A stretch of 64,000 bases of DNA, taken from positions 90,230 through 154,229 of the forward strand of contig CAWHXG010000004.1 in the NCBI GenBank assembly GCA_963833235.1. The letters are read 5' to 3'. The notes below the pieces were generated by a model, which saw only the letters and a program-made list of their open reading frames with translations, was not told the DNA's origin and made no database searches. Below are positions 49,653-60,883 of this stretch, one piece after another (position 1 is the stretch's first letter; every line of letters begins with the position of its first letter). This DNA comes from an uncultured Alphaproteobacteria bacterium. Its GTDB lineage: Bacteria; Pseudomonadota; Alphaproteobacteria; Rhodobacterales; Rhodobacteraceae. The translations under genes and the position numbers were made by a program.

Positions 49653-51389
49653 TCAGTTCCAGCAGCTTATCAGTACGGTGAAGTCCGTCGCATGGGCCGC
49701 CAGCGTCTCTGGCGGAAGGGCATCGTCGCCCGAAGTCGCCTCGATCGTGGCGCCGGCTTCTTCAAGCAGGCGAGCCACGGCAGCGGGCGAAGCGATCGTG
49801 CGCACGTTCGGCGGCAGCCGCCGTTCGCCCGATTGCGGCAGCGGCAGAAGCAGCCCGGCCAACCGGCCGGCATCGTCCAGCACCGGCCCGCCGACATCGC
49901 CGGCCAGGGCCTCGATCTCGATCCGGGGGGCAGGCAGGCCGCCCGAGCCCGCCAGGATCACAGGCGCGGCGCCCGACCCGAAGGTCAGCGAGGGCGCGCC
50001 GAGCGCCCCATTGTAGGAGTAGCCCGAAACGGCGATTTCGGCGCCGGCGGGCGGTGGTCCTTCGGCCAGCGCGGGGCGGCGGACCGGGCGGATCGGGGTC
50101 TCCGGGCGCAGCAGGGCGATGCCGGCATCGACATCCGTGGCAGCGACGGAGAATGCCGTCTCGGCCCCGTTATCGATCCCGGCGCAGGAGGCGACGAGCG
50201 CGTGGGCGGTGGCCACCAGCCCTGTTTCGGTCACATAAACACCGGAACCAGCCTGGCTCGGATTGCGCGGCTGCAGGCCGGCGAGGGAGGGCGGCGCCGG
50301 CCCCTCCGACCCCGCATCGGGCAGGACGGCGCCCGGGATCGGCGTGAAGCTGCCGCGCATCCGGTCGAGCACCCGCTCCATCCTGTCGGCCGGCTGCGCC
50401 TCCGTCAGCGGCCAGACCAGCATGAAGCCCTTGATCGCGCCGCCCTGCAGCAGCACTTCGGTCACCGACAGAAGATCGTCGCGCTCGCCGGTGAGGGTGA
50501 AGCCGTCGCGCCGCAGCGCCCGCGCGCCCTCGAGCGGCACGTCGTCGAGCGTCTGCATCACCTCGTAGAGCGCGGCGAGGCGGACGGCGTCGCCGCTTTG
50601 GCTGATGAGCAGCACTTCGGGGCCGGCGCCATCGCGGGCGGCGAAGCGCACGAACGGCGGCTCCGCCTGCGCCGGTTCCAGCAGCGCCATCGGCAGGTCT
50701 ATCGCGATCCCGGCCTCCGGCCGCGTCACCCGCGCCATCCCAAGCGCGCGTTCCTCTCGCGCCTGCGCCGCGAAGAGGGCATCGCGCTCGACCTCCGCCA
50801 GCAGGCCGGTCACCGGAACGCCTTCGCGCCGCTGCCATGCCGCCATCGCCTGGCGCGTTCCCGGCCCGGGCACGCCATCCACGGCGCCGCGATAGACGCC
50901 CGCCCAGGCAAGCGCCGCCTGAAGGCGCGCCAGGTCCTCCCCGGCAGGCATGTCGCCGGGCACGGGCGCGCGCTCCGGCGCCTCGGGCGATGTTGGCGCA
51001 AGGGTCGCGCTGTCTATGGGCGCGGCGACACCCGGTGGCGCGCCCTCGGCGGCGTCCGGCCCGGCCAGCGCGACCTCGCCCCGGAAGCGGCCCCCATCGG
51101 TGACGAAACTGTCGGCGGGGATGCGCCCAGCCCAACGCCGCAGCAGCGCCTCAGACGCGGGCACCGGCTGCGGCCCCGCGACGACGGCGACCCAACCGGA
51201 CGCCAGCCGAAAGGCCTGCACCGGCTGGCCCAGATCGGCCCCGAACCCGGCCGCAAGCCGCGCCGCGGAGCCCGGGTCGGGCCGTGCCGCCATCTGCACC
51301 CAACTGCGTTCCTGCGCGGCCAGCGGCAGGGCGAGGATAAGCCACAAGGCGCCGGCCAGCAGCCGCTGGGAAAGAACGTTCATCGACAT
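49653..51389 (-). CDS. Secreted protein with peptidoglycan-binding domain and C-terminal trypsin-like serine protease domain
   Basis: Signal peptide MSMNVLSQRLLAGALWLILALPLAAQ; PG_binding_1-like ..LQAALAWAGVYRGAVDGVPGPGTRQAMAAWQRREGVPVTGLL..; C-terminal ..GSGVYVTETGLVATAHALV... Confidence 0.65.
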   Translation of the reverse strand: MSMNVLSQRLLAGALWLILALPLAAQERSWVQMAARPDPGSAARLAAGFGADLGQPVQAFRLASGWVAVVAGPQPVPASEALLRRWAGRIPADSFVTDGGRFRGEVALAGPDAAEGAPPGVAAPIDSATLAPTSPEAPERAPVPGDMPAGEDLARLQAALAWAGVYRGAVDGVPGPGTRQAMAAWQRREGVPVTGLLAEVERDALFAAQAREERALGMARVTRPEAGIAIDLPMALLEPAQAEPPFVRFAARDGAGPEVLLISQSGDAVRLAALYEVMQTLDDVPLEGARALRRDGFTLTGERDDLLSVTEVLLQGGAIKGFMLVWPLTEAQPADRMERVLDRMRGSFTPIPGAVLPDAGSEGPAPPSLAGLQPRNPSQAGSGVYVTETGLVATAHALVASCAGIDNGAETAFSVAATDVDAGIALLRPETPIRPVRRPALAEGPPPAGAEIAVSGYSYNGALGAPSLTFGSGAAPVILAGSGGLPAPRIEIEALAGDVGGPVLDDAGRLAGLLLPLPQSGERRLPPNVRTIASPAAVARLLEEAGATIEATSGDDALPPETLAAHATDFTVLISCWN

Positions 51390-51562
51390 CGTCCGGGGCA
51401 TAGTGGCCGGTCCTTGCAAACTGGTTAACGAACATTCCGGAACCTACTGAATCGCGTGGGCAGCGCACCCCCCATCGGCCGGTGCCTCGATTGACGCCGC
51501 CGCACCTGTTGCCTAAGCAGAACGCGGATCCGGCCCGGCCCGGAACGTCGAGGCCCTTCACG

Positions 51563-52471
51563 ATGTCGCACACTCCGCCACCCCGCTGTTTCCAGGACGT
51601 TATTCTGGCGCTGCAGACCTATTGGGCCGGGCAGGGCTGCGCCATACTGCAACCCTACGACATGGAGGTGGGCGCCGGCACGTTCCACCCCGCCACCACC
51701 CTGCGCGCGCTCGGGCCGGAGCCATGGGCGGCCGCCTTCGTCCAGCCCTCGCGCCGGCCCACTGACGGGCGCTACGGCGAGAACCCCAACCGCCTGCAGC
51801 ATTTCTACCAGTACCAGGTGATCCTGAAGCCCTCGCCGCCTGATCTGCAGGCGCTCTATCTCGGCAGCCTCGCGGCCATCGGCATCGACTTCGCGCTGCA
51901 CGACATCCGCTTCGTCGAGGACGATTGGGAAAGCCCGACGCTGGGCGCCTGGGGCCTTGGCTGGGAGGTCTGGTGCGACGGGATGGAGATCAGCCAGTTC
52001 ACCTATTTCCAGCAGGTCGGCGGCCATGATTGCCGCCCGGTCTCCGGCGAGCTGACCTACGGGCTGGAACGGCTGGCGATGTACGTGCTCGGCATCGACC
52101 ATGTGATGGACATGCCGTTCAATGGCCCCGATGCGCCCATCCCGCTCAGCTACGGCGATGTCTTTCGGCGGGCCGAACGGGAATATTCGCGCTTCAACTT
52201 CGACCAGGCGGATACGGCCGTGTTGCTGCGGCACTTTACGGATGCCGAAACCGAATGCCGGGCGATCCTGGCCGCCCCGCCGGAAGACCCGGCGACGGGC
52301 CGGCGCATCGTCATGGCGCAACCGGCCTATGACCAGTGCATCAAGGCGAGCCATCTCTTCAACCTGCTCGATGCCCGCGGGGTGATCTCGGTCACCGAGC
52401 GGCAGGCCTATATCGGGCGCGTCCGCGGGTTGGCCAAGGCCTGCGCCGATGCCTACGTGGAGGCCGCATGA
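51563..52471 (+). CDS. glyQ: Glycine--tRNA ligase alpha subunit
   Basis: [45 protein letters not shown]... Confidence 0.95.
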   Translation: MSHTPPPRCFQDVILALQTYWAGQGCAILQPYDMEVGAGTFHPATTLRALGPEPWAAAFVQPSRRPTDGRYGENPNRLQHFYQYQVILKPSPPDLQALYLGSLAAIGIDFALHDIRFVEDDWESPTLGAWGLGWEVWCDGMEISQFTYFQQVGGHDCRPVSGELTYGLERLAMYVLGIDHVMDMPFNGPDAPIPLSYGDVFRRAEREYSRFNFDQADTAVLLRHFTDAETECRAILAAPPEDPATGRRIVMAQPAYDQCIKASHLFNLLDARGVISVTERQAYIGRVRGLAKACADAYVEAA

Positions 52472-52487
52472 GGCGCCCGTGCCCCAT

Positions 52488-53006
52488 ATGACAAGTGGCA
52501 AGGTCGTGGGCCTCGGGATCGTGGCCTGCGGGCTGATCGCCGGCGCGGCCCTCTACTACCTTCAGGTCTACCACTACTACGTCCGCCTGCCGGCGGAGGC
52601 CGTGGTGCTGCGCCTGACCCCGCCGGAGGGTGGCCTGCCGGTCGTCATGCCAGTTGGGCAGGTGGAGGCCATCGACAGCGAAAGCTCGCCCATCCGCTTC
52701 CGGGCCTGCTTCCGCCTCCCCGCCGGAGCGATTGCCGGCCAACCCTATCCCGCCGCCGAGCCGCTGAACGCGCCGGGCTGGTTCGGTTGCTTCGACGCGG
52801 ACGCGATCGCCGCCAGCCTCGCCGATGGCACGGCACAAGCCTATCTGGGCGAGCCAAACGTGGTCTACGGCATAGACAGGGTGGTTGCCCTCTATGAGGA
52901 CGGCCGCGGCCGGGCGTGGCACCAGATCAACCGCTGCGGCGAAGCGGCATTCGACGGCGACCCGGTGCCCGCCGGCTGCCCGCCCCCTCCGGCAAGGACC
53001 GAGTGA
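52488..53006 (+). CDS. Conserved hypothetical membrane-anchored protein encoded between glyQ and glyS
   Basis: MTSGKVVGLGIVACGLIAGAALYYLQVYHYYVRLP... has one N-terminal TM helix then a ~150-aa domain with 4 Cys; its stop overlaps the glyS start by 1 nt. Confidence 0.5.
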   Translation: MTSGKVVGLGIVACGLIAGAALYYLQVYHYYVRLPAEAVVLRLTPPEGGLPVVMPVGQVEAIDSESSPIRFRACFRLPAGAIAGQPYPAAEPLNAPGWFGCFDADAIAASLADGTAQAYLGEPNVVYGIDRVVALYEDGRGRAWHQINRCGEAAFDGDPVPAGCPPPPARTE

Positions 53007-55099
53007 TGCCCGATCTGCTGATCGAACTCTATTCCGAAGAGATCCCCGCCGGCATGCAGGCACGCGCCGCTGCCGATCTGCAGAGGCTGGTGACGGGCGG
53101 ATTGGTCGAAGCCGGCCTGACCTATGCCGGGGCCGCCGCCTTCAGCACGCCGCGTCGGCTCTGCCTGGCCGTGGAAGGTCTGACCGCACACAGTCCACCC
53201 TCGCGGGAAGAACGCAAGGGTCCGCGCGCCGATGCGCCAGAAGCGGCACTGGCTGGCTTCCTGCGCTCGGCTGGCGTGCCCCGCGAGGCCTTGGAAGAGC
53301 GCGAGAGTAAGAAAGGTCCAATCCTGTTCGCGGTGATCGAGCGGCCCGGCCGCCCGGCGGCCGAGATCGTCGCCGAGGTGCTGGAGGCGACGATCCGCGC
53401 CTTCCCCTGGCCGAAATCGATGCGGTGGGGCGCGGGCAGCCTTCGATGGGTCCGGCCGCTGCACGGCATCCTGTGCATTCTCAACGACGAGGCCGGCGCG
53501 CAGGTCGTTCCGCTGGAGGTGGCGGGCATCAGCTCCGGGGCAGTCACGTGGGGCCACCCCTTCATGAGCCCGGGGCCGATCTCCGTGACCTCCTTCGAGG
53601 ATTACGCGGCCAAGCTGAAACGCGCGCACGTGGTGCTCGACCCCGCCGAACGGGCGGCGGCGATCTGGGCCGACACGACAAATCTGGCCTTCGCTCAAGG
53701 GCTCGAGGTGATCGAGGACAAGGGGCTGCTGGCCGAGGTGACCGGGCTGGTCGAATGGCCCGTCGTGCTGATGGGCCGGATCGACGAGGCGTTCCTCGAT
53801 CTGCCGGCCGAGGTCCTGCAGACCTCCATGCGCAGCCACCAGCGGTTCTTCAGCGTACGAAACGTACAAGGCGGCGGCGGGATCGTACATTTCGTCACCG
53901 TGGCCAACCGCGCCACGGCGGATGGCGGCGCCACGATCCTCGCCGGCAACGCCAAGGTGCTGGCCGCCCGCCTCGCCGACGCGCGCTTCTTTTACGACAA
54001 CGATCTCACCGTGGCCCGCGCCGGCATGGGGGCCTGGCAGCAGGCGCTCGCCGATGTCACCTTCCACGCCAGGCTCGGCAGCGTCGCCGACAGGATCGCC
54101 CGCATCGCCGCCATCGCCCGCGAGACCGCGCCCGCCCTTGGCGCCGATCCGGATCTGTCGGAGCGTGCGGCGCAGCTGTGCAAGGCCGATCTGGCGAGCC
54201 AAATGGTTTACGAGTTCCCCGAGCTGCAGGGCGCGATGGGGCGGACCTATGCGCTCGCTGGCGGCGAGGCGCCGGAGGTGGCGGAGGCGGCCCATGCCCA
54301 TTACAGCCCGCTCGGGCCGGGCGATGCGGTCCCGACCGCGCCTGTTTCGGTCGCCGTGGCGCTGGCCGACAAGATCGACATGCTGACCGGCTTCTGGGCC
54401 ATCGGCGAGACCCCGACGGGCAGCAAGGACCCCTTCGCCCTGCGCCGCGCCGCTCTCGGCCTCGTGCGGATCCTGCTGGAGGCCGGCCAGACGCTGCCGC
54501 TCCGCCCCATCCTCACCCGGAGCGCCGAGGCCTTTCGCGAGATCGAGGGCGCGGGCGCGCCCGGGGCCACGGCTGAAAGCGTCCTTAGCTTCACGCAGGA
54601 TCGACTGAAGGTCCATCTGCGCGAGCGCGGCATCCGCCACGACGTGATCGACGCCGCCCGCGCCCTGCCCGGTGACGACGATCTGGCACTCCTCACCCAG
54701 CGAGCCGAGGCGCTGCAAGCGTTCCTCGACACGTCAGAGGGCGCCGATCTGGTGCAGGGCTTCCGGCGGGCCAACAACATCCTCACCCAGGCCGAGGCCG
54801 CCGACGGGGTCGAATACAGCTACGGCCCGGACCGGAAGCTTGCGGCCGTCTCCGAGGAACGCGCGCTCTTCGACGCGCTCGACCGCGCCGAGCCTCCTAT
54901 CGCCACCGCCATGGCCGATGGCGATTTCGGCGCCGCGCTCGCCCACATGTCCAGCCTGCGCATGGCCATCGACGCCTTCTTCGAGGCCGTCCAGGTCAAC
55001 GCCGAAAGCGCCATCCTGCGCCGGAACCGGCTGAACCTGCTTCACCGCATCCGCGCCGCCTGCCTGCAGGTGGCCGATCTCGCCCGGTTGGAGAGCTGA
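53006..55099 (+). CDS. glyS: Glycine--tRNA ligase beta subunit
   Basis: MPDLLIELYSEEIPAGMQARAAADL...: full-length GlyS with an anticodon-binding C-terminus. Confidence 0.95.
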   Translation: MPDLLIELYSEEIPAGMQARAAADLQRLVTGGLVEAGLTYAGAAAFSTPRRLCLAVEGLTAHSPPSREERKGPRADAPEAALAGFLRSAGVPREALEERESKKGPILFAVIERPGRPAAEIVAEVLEATIRAFPWPKSMRWGAGSLRWVRPLHGILCILNDEAGAQVVPLEVAGISSGAVTWGHPFMSPGPISVTSFEDYAAKLKRAHVVLDPAERAAAIWADTTNLAFAQGLEVIEDKGLLAEVTGLVEWPVVLMGRIDEAFLDLPAEVLQTSMRSHQRFFSVRNVQGGGGIVHFVTVANRATADGGATILAGNAKVLAARLADARFFYDNDLTVARAGMGAWQQALADVTFHARLGSVADRIARIAAIARETAPALGADPDLSERAAQLCKADLASQMVYEFPELQGAMGRTYALAGGEAPEVAEAAHAHYSPLGPGDAVPTAPVSVAVALADKIDMLTGFWAIGETPTGSKDPFALRRAALGLVRILLEAGQTLPLRPILTRSAEAFREIEGAGAPGATAESVLSFTQDRLKVHLRERGIRHDVIDAARALPGDDDLALLTQRAEALQAFLDTSEGADLVQGFRRANNILTQAEAADGVEYSYGPDRKLAAVSEERALFDALDRAEPPIATAMADGDFGAALAHMSSLRMAIDAFFEAVQVNAESAILRRNRLNLLHRIRAACLQVADLARLES

Positions 55100-55121
55100 C
55101 CGGTTGCGCAGCGAGCCAGGC

Positions 55122-55161
55122 GGCCCGCATTAACCTCAACGCGGGCGCCTCTTTGTCTCTC
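55122..55161 (+). terminator. Possible intrinsic terminator after glyS
   Basis: GGCCCGC-attaacctcaac-GCGGGCGCC stem-loop followed by a CTCTTTGTCTCTC pyrimidine/T-rich tail, ~25 bp after the glyS stop. The stem is only 6-7 bp with a long loop, so this is weak. Confidence 0.25.
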
Positions 55162-55280
55162 AAATATCCCCGCCGGAGGCTCCCGCGCCCAGCCGCGCGC
55201 GCCCCTTCGCCCGCCCACTATCGCCTGCCTCGTCCCGGCGCTACCCTGCGCCCGACCCAGCCCCGGACGACCTGACCCAG

Positions 55281-57875
55281 ATGCAGAAGCGCGCCACCCT
55301 CCGCGAGTTCACCGAGATCACGGGCGGCGCGCCGATCATCGTCGGGCAGCACGGGCGCCGCGCAAAGACCCTGCAGCGCCTGATCGGTCTTGGCCTGCCG
55401 GTGCCGCGCAGCGTCGCGCTCAGCTTCGAGACGGTGCAGGCCATCGCGGCCGGCAACATGCCGGACCTGCCGCGCCTCCTGTCGCATTTCGGCGCGACAC
55501 CCCTGGTCTCCGTGCGCCCCAGTTCGGAAGATCCCGATTGGGGCGGGCCGGCGGCGGTGCTGAACATCGGCATGAACGACGCCCGCCATGCCGCCATGGC
55601 CGCCGACAAGGGCGACAGGGTGGCCAGCGCGCTCTACCTGCGGTTCATCCGCAGCTACGCGGTGCAGGTGGCGCGGCTGGATGCCGACCCGTTCGACATT
55701 CCCGGCCCACCCTCTTCGGACGCCGTGGCCGCCGCCCTCGTCGCCTTCGACACCGAGACCGAGACGCCCTTTCCCCAGGATCCCGCCACGCAGCTTTCCG
55801 GCGTCCTGCGGGCCACCGCGCGGGCTTGGTCGGGCACCAGCGCGCGGCTGCTGCGGGAGGCGCGGGGCGCACCCGCGGATGCCGGGCTGGGGCTGATCGT
55901 CCAGTCGATGGCGCTCGGCGTGGGCGCGCCCGAAAGCGGCTCGGGCGTGATGCAGTTCGTCGATGCCGGCACCGGGCGGGCGCAGATCACCGGGCGCTAT
56001 CTAAGCCAGAGCCAGGGGCGCGATGCGCTTGGCGGCCCGGGCGGCGCTGGCAAGGGCGCGATCTACCTCACCCGCGATCCCCGGGGGCCGGCGCTGGAGG
56101 GTCTGGCGCCCGGGCTCTTCGCCCAGCTCAAAGGTTTCGGCGCGCTCTGCCGCAAGGCGCTGCGCGACGAGGTGCAGATCACCTTCACCATAGAAGCAGG
56201 CGCACTGAGCGTGCTCGATGCCGTGCGCGTCCGCCGGAGCGCCCGGGCCGGCCTCGCCATCGCCGTGGCGCTGGCCGAGGACGGCATCATCGGGCGCGAC
56301 GCCGCGTTGATGCGGGTGGAGCCGCGGGCGCTCACCGAGCTTCTGCACCGCGCCGTCGATCCAGGTGCGGCGCGCGCGGTCCTGCTTCGGGGCATGGCCG
56401 CCAGCCCCGGGGCCGCCATCGGCCGGGTCGTCTTCTCGTCGGCCGCCGCCCAGGCCGCGGCGGCGCATGGCGAGGCGTGCATCCTGGTGAAGCGCGAGAC
56501 CGCGCCGGAGGACGTGCGCGGCATGCATGCGGCCACCGGCGTGCTGACCGAGCGGGGCGGCATGTCAAGCCACGCGGCGGTGATCGCCCGCGGCCTTGGC
56601 GTGCCCTGCGTTGTGGGGGCCACCGAGTTGCGGATCGACCTGCGCCAGAACCTCGCGCATCTACCGGGCGGCCGGACCTTGCGGGAGGGAGAGACAGTGA
56701 CCCTCGACGGGAGCGCGGGAGAGGTGCTGGAGGGCGCCGTGGCCACGCTGGAGCCGGCCCTCGATACGGCCTTCGAGACGCTTCTGGGCTGGGCCGACGA
56801 CCGGCGCGACATCGGCGTGCGCGCCAATGCCGACACGCCTGCCGAGGCACAGATCGCCCATCGATTCAAGGCGGAGGGCATCGGGCTGTGCCGGACGGAG
56901 CACATGTTCTTCGCCGAGGAACGCCTGACCGTAATGCGCGAGATGATCTTCGCCGACCGCACCGAGGGCCGATCGGATGCGCTGCGGCAGTTGCTGCCGA
57001 TGCAGCGCAGCGATTTCACGCGGATCTTCCAAATCATGGCGGGCAAGCCGGTGTGCCTGCGGCTGCTCGACCCGCCGCTGCATGAATTCCTGCCACGCGA
57101 CCGGGCTGGCATCCTGGAGCTGGCGGCGTCGATCGGCCGGCCGGCGTCGGAGGTGACCCGGCGGATCGAGGCGATGGCGGAGTTCAATCCGATGCTGGGC
57201 CTGCGCGGCGTGCGGCTTGGCCTGACCGTGCCGGAGATCTACGACATGCAGGCCCGCGCGATCTTCGAGGCAGCGCTGGACGTCGGCGGCGATCCGGCAT
57301 GGGAGGGGCCGCCGGTGGTGCCCGAGATCATGATCCCGCTGGTCTCGGCCCGCCGCGAGGTGGAGATTGTGAAGGCGCGGATCACGCGGATCGCGGCCGC
57401 CGTGCAGGCCGAGCGCGGCGCCGGCCTGGAGTACCGTCTGGGCGTGATGGTGGAGACCCCGCGCGCCGTTCTGAAGGCCGACGAGATCGCCGCCCATTGC
57501 GCATTTCTCAGCTTCGGCACGAACGACCTGACGCAGATGACCTATGGCCTGTCGCGCGACGACGCGGCCCGGTTCATGGGCGATTACGTGCGGCAGGGGG
57601 TATTCGACGAGGATCCCTTCCACGTGCTGGACCGCGACGGGGTGGGCGAGCTGCTGACGATGGGTGCCGTGCGGGGCAGGCGCGGGCAGCCGGGCATCAC
57701 GCTGTCGGTCTGCGGCGAGCATGGCGGCAACGCCGAGAGCATCGCCTTCTGCCGGGAGGCGGGATTCGATTACGTCTCGTGCTCGCCCTACAGGGTGCCT
57801 TTGGCGCGGCTGGCGGCGGGCCGACTTGCGCTGAAATCCGCTGATCCGGATTACCCCGACAACCGACTGGCCTGA
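55281..57875 (+). CDS. ppdK: Pyruvate, phosphate dikinase (PEP-utilising enzyme family)
   Basis: 864 aa; N-terminal ATP-grasp-like ..GLGLPVPRSVALSFETVQ..; phosphohistidine domain ..GGMSSHAAVIARGLGVPCVVGA..; C-terminal PEP/pyruvate TIM barrel ..CGEHGGNAESIAFCREAGFDYVSCSPYRVPLARLAA.. Confidence 0.85.
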   Translation: MQKRATLREFTEITGGAPIIVGQHGRRAKTLQRLIGLGLPVPRSVALSFETVQAIAAGNMPDLPRLLSHFGATPLVSVRPSSEDPDWGGPAAVLNIGMNDARHAAMAADKGDRVASALYLRFIRSYAVQVARLDADPFDIPGPPSSDAVAAALVAFDTETETPFPQDPATQLSGVLRATARAWSGTSARLLREARGAPADAGLGLIVQSMALGVGAPESGSGVMQFVDAGTGRAQITGRYLSQSQGRDALGGPGGAGKGAIYLTRDPRGPALEGLAPGLFAQLKGFGALCRKALRDEVQITFTIEAGALSVLDAVRVRRSARAGLAIAVALAEDGIIGRDAALMRVEPRALTELLHRAVDPGAARAVLLRGMAASPGAAIGRVVFSSAAAQAAAAHGEACILVKRETAPEDVRGMHAATGVLTERGGMSSHAAVIARGLGVPCVVGATELRIDLRQNLAHLPGGRTLREGETVTLDGSAGEVLEGAVATLEPALDTAFETLLGWADDRRDIGVRANADTPAEAQIAHRFKAEGIGLCRTEHMFFAEERLTVMREMIFADRTEGRSDALRQLLPMQRSDFTRIFQIMAGKPVCLRLLDPPLHEFLPRDRAGILELAASIGRPASEVTRRIEAMAEFNPMLGLRGVRLGLTVPEIYDMQARAIFEAALDVGGDPAWEGPPVVPEIMIPLVSARREVEIVKARITRIAAAVQAERGAGLEYRLGVMVETPRAVLKADEIAAHCAFLSFGTNDLTQMTYGLSRDDAARFMGDYVRQGVFDEDPFHVLDRDGVGELLTMGAVRGRRGQPGITLSVCGEHGGNAESIAFCREAGFDYVSCSPYRVPLARLAAGRLALKSADPDYPDNRLA

Positions 57876-57955
57876 AACGGAAAAGTCCGGTCTATCGGAG
57901 CGCCTGCACAGCTTATCCACAGGCTGAACGCGGCGGCTCGGCCTGCCGGTTTGCG

Positions 57956-57971
57956 TTTACCCTTTGTTAAC
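57956..57971 (+). promoter_or_regulatory. Possible CtrA-type box (TTTA-N7-TTAAC) upstream of the SleB-like hydrolase gene
   Basis: TTTACCCTTTGTTAAC lies ~45 bp upstream of the ATG at 58016; one mismatch to TTAA-N7-TTAAC. Confidence 0.2.
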
Positions 57972-58015
57972 TAGTAGCTCTGTGTCGGTTTGGGGACGAG
58001 AGGTATTTTGGAGTT

Positions 58016-58690
58016 ATGCGGCAACTGAAATTGATTGCGATCACAGCTATTCTTGCAGGAGCGGCTGCCGCCGCCTCTGCCGACATCACACTCAGCACAT
58101 CGAACGATCCCGAGGCCGGCTTCGGCGCCGCCCTGACGGAGCGGTTCGGTCATGACAGGTGGACGACCGGAACGGCGAATTCGCCGCGCCTGGTCAGGCT
58201 GGTCGACGTTCCGCGCCCGAAGCGGCGCAGCGAACTGCGCTTCACCCGGGAGTGGCTGGCCGAGCAGCCGGCGCCCCGCGCCAGCGCGCCCCTGCAATGC
58301 CTGGCGGAGGCATTGTATTTCGAGGCGCGGGGGGAAAGCGTACGCGGTCAGTTCGCAGTGGCGGAGGTGATCCTGAACCGGGTCGCCTCGAAGGCTTATC
58401 CCAACACCGTCTGTGGGGTGATCGAGCAGGGGACCGGCCGGAAATATGCCTGCCAATTCACCTATACCTGCGACGGGCATCCCGAGCACATCCGCGAGAA
58501 GGGGGCCTGGCTCTCGGTGAAGAAGGTGGCGCGGGCCGTTCTGGATGGCCTGCCGCGTCGGCTGACGAACGGCGCAACGCATTACCACACCAATCAAGTC
58601 AATCCCTACTGGGCGCAGGTCTTCGACCGCACGACGACGATCGGGGTGCATCATTTCTATCGCAGTTCGGTGCAGACGGCGAACCGCTGA
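58016..58690 (+). CDS. Cell wall hydrolase, SleB-like (Hydrolase_2 family)
   Basis: Signal peptide MRQLKLIAITAILAGAAAAASA; ..LAEALYFEARGESVRGQFAVAEVILNRVASKAYPNTVCGVIEQ...QFTYTCDG.. Confidence 0.8.
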   Translation: MRQLKLIAITAILAGAAAAASADITLSTSNDPEAGFGAALTERFGHDRWTTGTANSPRLVRLVDVPRPKRRSELRFTREWLAEQPAPRASAPLQCLAEALYFEARGESVRGQFAVAEVILNRVASKAYPNTVCGVIEQGTGRKYACQFTYTCDGHPEHIREKGAWLSVKKVARAVLDGLPRRLTNGATHYHTNQVNPYWAQVFDRTTTIGVHHFYRSSVQTANR

Positions 58691-58810
58691 CGACGCCTAC
58701 GGGCGAGCCCTTCGACAGCAAGGCGAAGATCGGCGCAGGGAGGGCTTTCCCTGAGCCGATCTAAATTGCGCTTCTATGGAGCCTGACCTGTCCGGCCCGG
58801 CAATCATGGC

Positions 58811-59491
58811 TCAGGCGCGACGGCGGTGGGCAACGAAGCCGAGAACGCCGATCGCTGCGGCCAGAAGCGGCAACGCCGCGGGAAGCGGAACAGCGGCAAC
58901 GGTGACACCGGTCAACTGGAAGCTGTCCGTGTGGCCGCCACAGGCCTGCGTGGGGCTGGTCTTGCAGCTCTGGTAGGGGAAGCCAGCCATGATGTCGAAG
59001 GACCGCCCGGTGAGGGGGAGGAACGTGCCGAGGGACGTGCCCTGGTTCGACAGGCGCATGCCGGGCTGGCCGCTGACCGCAATGTAGAAATCGTCGAAAT
59101 CGTCGACGCCGGCGAATTGCAGCGCCGAGATGGTGACGGTCGTGCCGAAGCGCAGCTGCAGCAGTTCGTTGCGGTCCACACCCAGCCCGTCGATGAAGAA
59201 ATCGCTCGCCCTGATGCGCTTTCCGTTGGCGTCCTTTCCGCCGGTGCCGCTTAGTCCGGCCACGCCGAAGCCCCTGCCGTCATAACCCACGCGGGCGGCC
59301 CTCATATTGCCCAGATCGTCATCGAGGGTGAAGGCCGAGAACTGGACGGCGAGGCCGGAGACCGTGCCGTCGATCGACGAGGCGACGGTGTTGGCGGCCG
59401 CCGTGGTGGTGACGGTCGCGGCCGAAAGTGCGGAGGAAAAACCGAGGCCGATCCCGAGGCCGGCTGCGAGAACGAATTTCGAAAAGGTCAT
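58811..59491 (-). CDS. Second secreted protein with C-terminal VPLPA-CTERM sorting signal
   Basis: Signal peptide MTFSKFVLAAGLGIGLGFSSALSA; C-terminus ..TGVTVAAVPLPAALPLLAAAIGVLGFVAHRRRA. Confidence 0.7.
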   Translation of the reverse strand: MTFSKFVLAAGLGIGLGFSSALSAATVTTTAAANTVASSIDGTVSGLAVQFSAFTLDDDLGNMRAARVGYDGRGFGVAGLSGTGGKDANGKRIRASDFFIDGLGVDRNELLQLRFGTTVTISALQFAGVDDFDDFYIAVSGQPGMRLSNQGTSLGTFLPLTGRSFDIMAGFPYQSCKTSPTQACGGHTDSFQLTGVTVAAVPLPAALPLLAAAIGVLGFVAHRRRA

Positions 59492-59719
59492 CTGCGTCTA
59501 TCCCTTGAAGGCATTCGGGTTGCATTCGGGATAGTCGGGCAAATTCTCGGATGATAGTTATTCGAATGCGGATAGTTAATTCCCGCCGCGATCCTGCCCA
59601 ATGCGGCGGGATTGCGGCGGGTGACGGGGGGATCGTGGCGGCGATGCGGCATCGATGCGATATTTCGGCCGCCTTCCCGCGGGGCGGCGCGGCCATGCGC
59701 CGCCGCCCCGCGCCCCGGC

Positions 59720-60883
<1,164 letters not shown>

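Noticed and set aside
52892-54718. 608-aa -strand ORF
   Set aside because: Antisense to glyS
55538-57920. +strand ORF 55538..57085 (515 aa) and -strand ORF 56661..57920
   Set aside because: Alternative frame of or antisense to ppdK
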